DNA of 63,975 nt, the filler included, from Fonticula-like sp. SCN 57-25 (lineage: Eukaryota): assembly GCA_001724245.1 (NCBI GenBank). It is 3 parts of 3 records of this genome, joined end to end, with 100 filler letters (N's around TTAATTAATTAA, not from the genome) between each part and the next. Parts side by side here need not be neighbours in the genome. Positions count along the whole stretch, not along the records: positions 46,559 to 63,975 come from MEDX01000115.1; 2 more parts are not named here. One strand, 5' to 3'. The position numbers and the translations under genes are program-made. This document shows, piece by piece, positions 60,931-63,975 of this stretch. The notes under the pieces were generated by a model, which had not been told where the DNA came from, made no database searches, and saw nothing but the letters and a program-made list of their open reading frames with translations. The stretch's first letter is position 1; each line of letters begins with the position of its first letter.

Positions 60931-62215
60931 ATGGCAAAGTGGGGAGAGGGAGACCCGCGGTGGATCGTGGAGGACCGCCCGGACAGCACCAACGTGAACA
61001 ACTGGCACTGGTACGCGAGTATGTGCAGAGGGTGGCGGGCGATGCTGACGAGCGATGCGCAGGTCCGAGCTCAACTGCTTCAGCTGGGCGCAGACCTACG
61101 TCAAGGACAACCTCAAGGGGCTCTTTGTCCATGAGAATGGCCAAAAGGGCGATGTCACGTCCGTGTCGGACGTCAAGGGCGACGTGAGCATGGCCAACCG
61201 CAAGGGCAAGGTCCGCACCTTCTTTGACCTGACGCTCACGCTCGAGCTGGCCGGTGCGTGCTTTGACCGCGTGATGATCCCTGCTAACATGCCGCAGTAA
61301 TAATCGACGGCACGCCGCTAAAGACAACGCTCACGATGAACGACGTCAACCAGGACGAGGATGCGGACGACTACACCGTGCGCAGACCAGCATCCTCTTT
61401 TTTCTTTGTTTGCCTAACTTGCCGCCGTCATCAGGTCGACCTTTCGACTGCCGATGCCGATGCCGGCCAGAAGAAGAAGATCCGCGAGGTGGTCCGCGCT
61501 CTCCTCGAAAAGATCCACGACGTCCTCGCCGTGAAGATGCTCGCCGATCTGCGCGCCGTGCACGAGAAGAAGGTTCTCCTGCCGCTCGCCGAGGGCAAGA
61601 CGGCCAATGGCGCCGCACCCGCCGCCGCCGCGCCCGTCGCCGCCTCGTCGACCGCTTCGACCGCCGCCGCCGCCGACAAGACGCCCAAGGGAATCAAGAC
61701 GTCGACCGTCCGCCTCGATGTCGAGATGCTCGCCTCGTGCGTCCTGCTTTCCGCTCCTTTTCATGCATTACTAATGCTGTGTCATAGCGCCATGGACGTG
61801 TCGCAGGCGTTCACTGACCTGAACCGCGTGCGCATTTGGACCCAGAGCGACGCGACCGTGACTGCCAAGGCCAACACGCCGTTCTCCTTCTTTGGCGGCA
61901 ACCTCAGCGGCGAGATCCAGTCGCTGGACCCCGGCCGCTCGATCGTCATGTCGTGGCGCGTCGGCTCGTGGCCGTCGGGTACGCGCCCTTTTTGACTCTT
62001 TTGGCTGTGTTTGCTAACGGGACGGCGGCGCAGGACACCACTCGACCGTCACGCTGACCTTTGAGCAGGGCTACTCGAGCACCACGGTGCGCGTCGTGCA
62101 GGCCGATGTGCCCGCCGACCAGGCCGACAGCACCAAGATGAACTGGCACCGCATGGTGTTTGACCGCATGAAGCAGACGTTCGGGTGGGGCTTTGCGCAC
62201 CACGAAGAGTCGTGA
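60931..62215 (+). CDS. AHA1: Hsp90 co-chaperone Aha1 (AHSA1)
   Basis: MAKWGEGDPRWIVEDRPDSTNVNNWHW, NRKGKVRTFFDL and a C-terminal START-like domain (FSFFGGNLSGE...IVMSWR..SWPSGHHS). Confidence 0.96.
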
Positions 62216-62366
62216 GCGGCGCACCCAGACTAGATCACAGGCATCATCGCACCAGCCAGCAAAATGTTTTGAAAACTCTTTTTCTTGTCATTTCATTAAT
62301 AAACCACACATTTTTCCACAGCAAAAAACAACGACAGCAACATTATGTTCTAAAAGGGGCCGCCTC

Positions 62367-62790
62367 TTAAGCGGACACCGGGCGCTTGGCAATGTACACC
62401 TTGGAGTCGGAGATGGAGACGACCAGCTGGTAGTCGGCCATGACGACTAGGGTTGGGTGAGCTACAATGCGGGAAAGGAGAGGCAGCGTACTCGACAAGC
62501 GACGGAAGGCGTCGTTCTTAACAGAGGAAACAATGCGCTGGCTGCTCAGAAGCATGCTGTACACCGCGTCGGCCACCTTCTTGTCGTTCTCGAGCTCGCC
62601 GGTCGACTGATGCCGTGCGGTTAGAACCAGCAAACAGGGCACAACAGGATGCGTACCGAAAGAATGTCGCCCTTGGAGTCAAGAACCATCGTCCCCGTCT
62701 GGTCCGCAATGCCCATCAAAACATCGCTGTCAGCCTACACAAAGCGGGCGTCGTTAGCAAGCCGCGCGAAAGGGGGCGGCGGCGCACCAT
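62367..62790 (-). CDS. LAMTOR4: Ragulator subunit LAMTOR4 (roadblock fold); ATG-only first exon
   Basis: M-ADSDVLMGIADQTGTMVLDSKGDILSSTGELENDKKVA...AFRRLS.VMADYQLVVSISDSKVYIAKR parallels human IPDQLGYLVL...SSGDLENDE...FKRLSV...VFVVKR (recalled from memory). Confidence 0.88.
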
Positions 62791-62866
62791 TGTGCGACCG
62801 ATCCAACACCGCCGGAGCTCTCAGTATGTAAACTTTACCGAAACGCTGACACATCATTACATCGTG

Positions 62867-63556
62867 ATGGACCTTGCGGGCGTTCTGCTCGCGAAGGGCG
62901 GCCTTCCGAGCGATGTGCGCGTCGCTGTCGTCACCGACACGGCCGACGCAGAGGGCGCGTTTGTAGTACACGAGTGGCTTCAAGTGTGCCTGGCGAGCGG
63001 CATGCGCGCGCTTCTTTTCAACACGGTGAGCACGCATCGCTCGGCTGCGCTGCGCACCGCCGTGACGTCTGGGCTGCTCAGCATCGTGGACTGCACGTCG
63101 CTTTGGTATGATTCGGCGGCTCTTCTGACAACATTAAAGTCGCACGTGGACGCCTTTGTGGCGGGCGGCGAGTCCAAGCCGGTCTGCATCGCCATCGAGA
63201 GCGCGAGCCCTCTCTTGGCCTCCCTTGGCAGCGCCGGCGTCGAGGCCTTGATGCAGCAATGCGCCTTCGCGGCAAACAAAACCAAGGGCAACTTTGTCAT
63301 TGTGCTTCCCGTGGACACTGACCTCGCGGCAGAGTCGCTGAGCGTTGTTGCGGGCGCACTCCACGCGGCGGATCTGGTGCTCCAGGTTCGGCCGATGCCG
63401 AGCGGGTACTCGCCGCAGATCAACGCCCACCTCAGCATCATCACGCCGGTCGCGCGTCCGGCACTCAAGAATATTGCAGGTGACTTTCATGTGGTGCTGC
63501 GGCCGAATGCCAATGCGCAGCTCTACGCACGCGGCCACGCCAAGGGCATTCTGTAG
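62867..63556 (+). CDS. ELP6: Elongator subunit 6, intronless
   Basis: VTDTADAEGAFVVHEWL, IAIESASPLL, ADLVLQVRPMPSGYSPQINAHLSI and the C-terminal LYARG pattern of ELP6. Confidence 0.75.
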   Translation: MDLAGVLLAKGGLPSDVRVAVVTDTADAEGAFVVHEWLQVCLASGMRALLFNTVSTHRSAALRTAVTSGLLSIVDCTSLWYDSAALLTTLKSHVDAFVAGGESKPVCIAIESASPLLASLGSAGVEALMQQCAFAANKTKGNFVIVLPVDTDLAAESLSVVAGALHAADLVLQVRPMPSGYSPQINAHLSIITPVARPALKNIAGDFHVVLRPNANAQLYARGHAKGIL

Positions 63557-63899
63557 AGGCGCGGTCCGAGATTATGTTGTAGATACTTTTTTGTACAGTT
63601 CAGTTTTTTATTCACAGCCTTGGCTGCAACAATAACAATGTCATATATTGCAAAAAATCTTTACTTTTGGAAGTCTCGTTAAGGAGTATGCTGAAAGTCA
63701 TAGGCATTTTCCCGCATTTTCTATAGACATTTTTTACTATTATACGATAATTTCAATACCAACACCTTTCTCTATACACCACTCGTGACATGTGTTGAAG
63801 AGCACAGTGCATATAAACTGTACATTAATTAGTATACCTTATGTATGGGTCGTCCGAAGGTAGCGCCGATTTATCACTTGACATCTGCAATTCTGCGAT

Positions 63900-63941
63900 C
63901 TGATTGGTCGACGCGATTGACCGTTGGCGCGCAAATTCAAA
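63900..63941. promoter_or_regulatory. Composite promoter of an unseen downstream gene: CCAAT box, ACGCGA, Myb-like CCGTTG, E2F/CDE-like GGCGCGC and CHR-like TTCAAA
   Basis: ctgattggtcgacgcgattgaccgttggcgcgcaaattcaaa. Confidence 0.5.
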
Positions 63942-63975
63942 AAATTGTCGTTGAGCGTTTGACGCCGTTTTGCGG

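Noticed and set aside
62615-62866. N-terminal extension of the 313-aa ORF upstream of ELP6
   Set aside because: It begins at a non-ATG codon and overlaps LAMTOR4 exons on the opposite strand. ATG 62867 gives a normal-sized Elp6.

Overview
Compact, gene-dense eukaryotic genomic DNA with GC-rich exons and many short GT-AG introns (donors mostly GTRCGY, branch points CTAAC/CTGAC). Two identical 100-nt artificial linkers (N44-TTAATTAATTAA-N44 at 23333-23432 and 46459-46558) split the window into three contigs, so adjacency across them means nothing. I recognise 26 protein-coding genes by eye: PMP34-like carrier, ACOT8/TesB with a PTS1, Tra1/TRRAP, eL20, a TRFH+Myb telomere-binding protein, a Sar1-like (SarB-type) GTPase, MINDY DUB, flotillin, Tao3/Furry, Hsp10, Hsp60, uS13, eIF3d, a P4-ATPase, Cdc50, Prp22, a Spa2-like protein, Msh6, Cox10, Ser3, FANCL, a ~1800-aa mosaic surface receptor, a stand-alone response regulator, Aha1, LAMTOR4 and Elp6. 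The mix of fungal-type genes (Spa2, Ser3, two-component receiver) and animal-like genes (flotillin, FANCL, LAMTOR4, TRFH) suggests a unicellular or early-branching opisthokont (inference). Highlights: (1) all 11 minus-strand genes sit head-to-head with a plus-strand gene, and several pairs are functional partners (flippase alpha/beta, Hsp10/Hsp60, two peroxisomal genes, 40S protein/eIF3d); (2) a receptor with 12 copies of a ~100-aa two-Cys domain I cannot name and an integrin-beta-like NPLY tail; (3) a TRF1/2-like shelterin protein; (4) a GGATG motif concentrated in both ribosomal-protein first introns; (5) E2F/CHR/Myb-like promoter motifs at DNA-maintenance genes. Exon boundaries and family calls were made manually, with no database searches.
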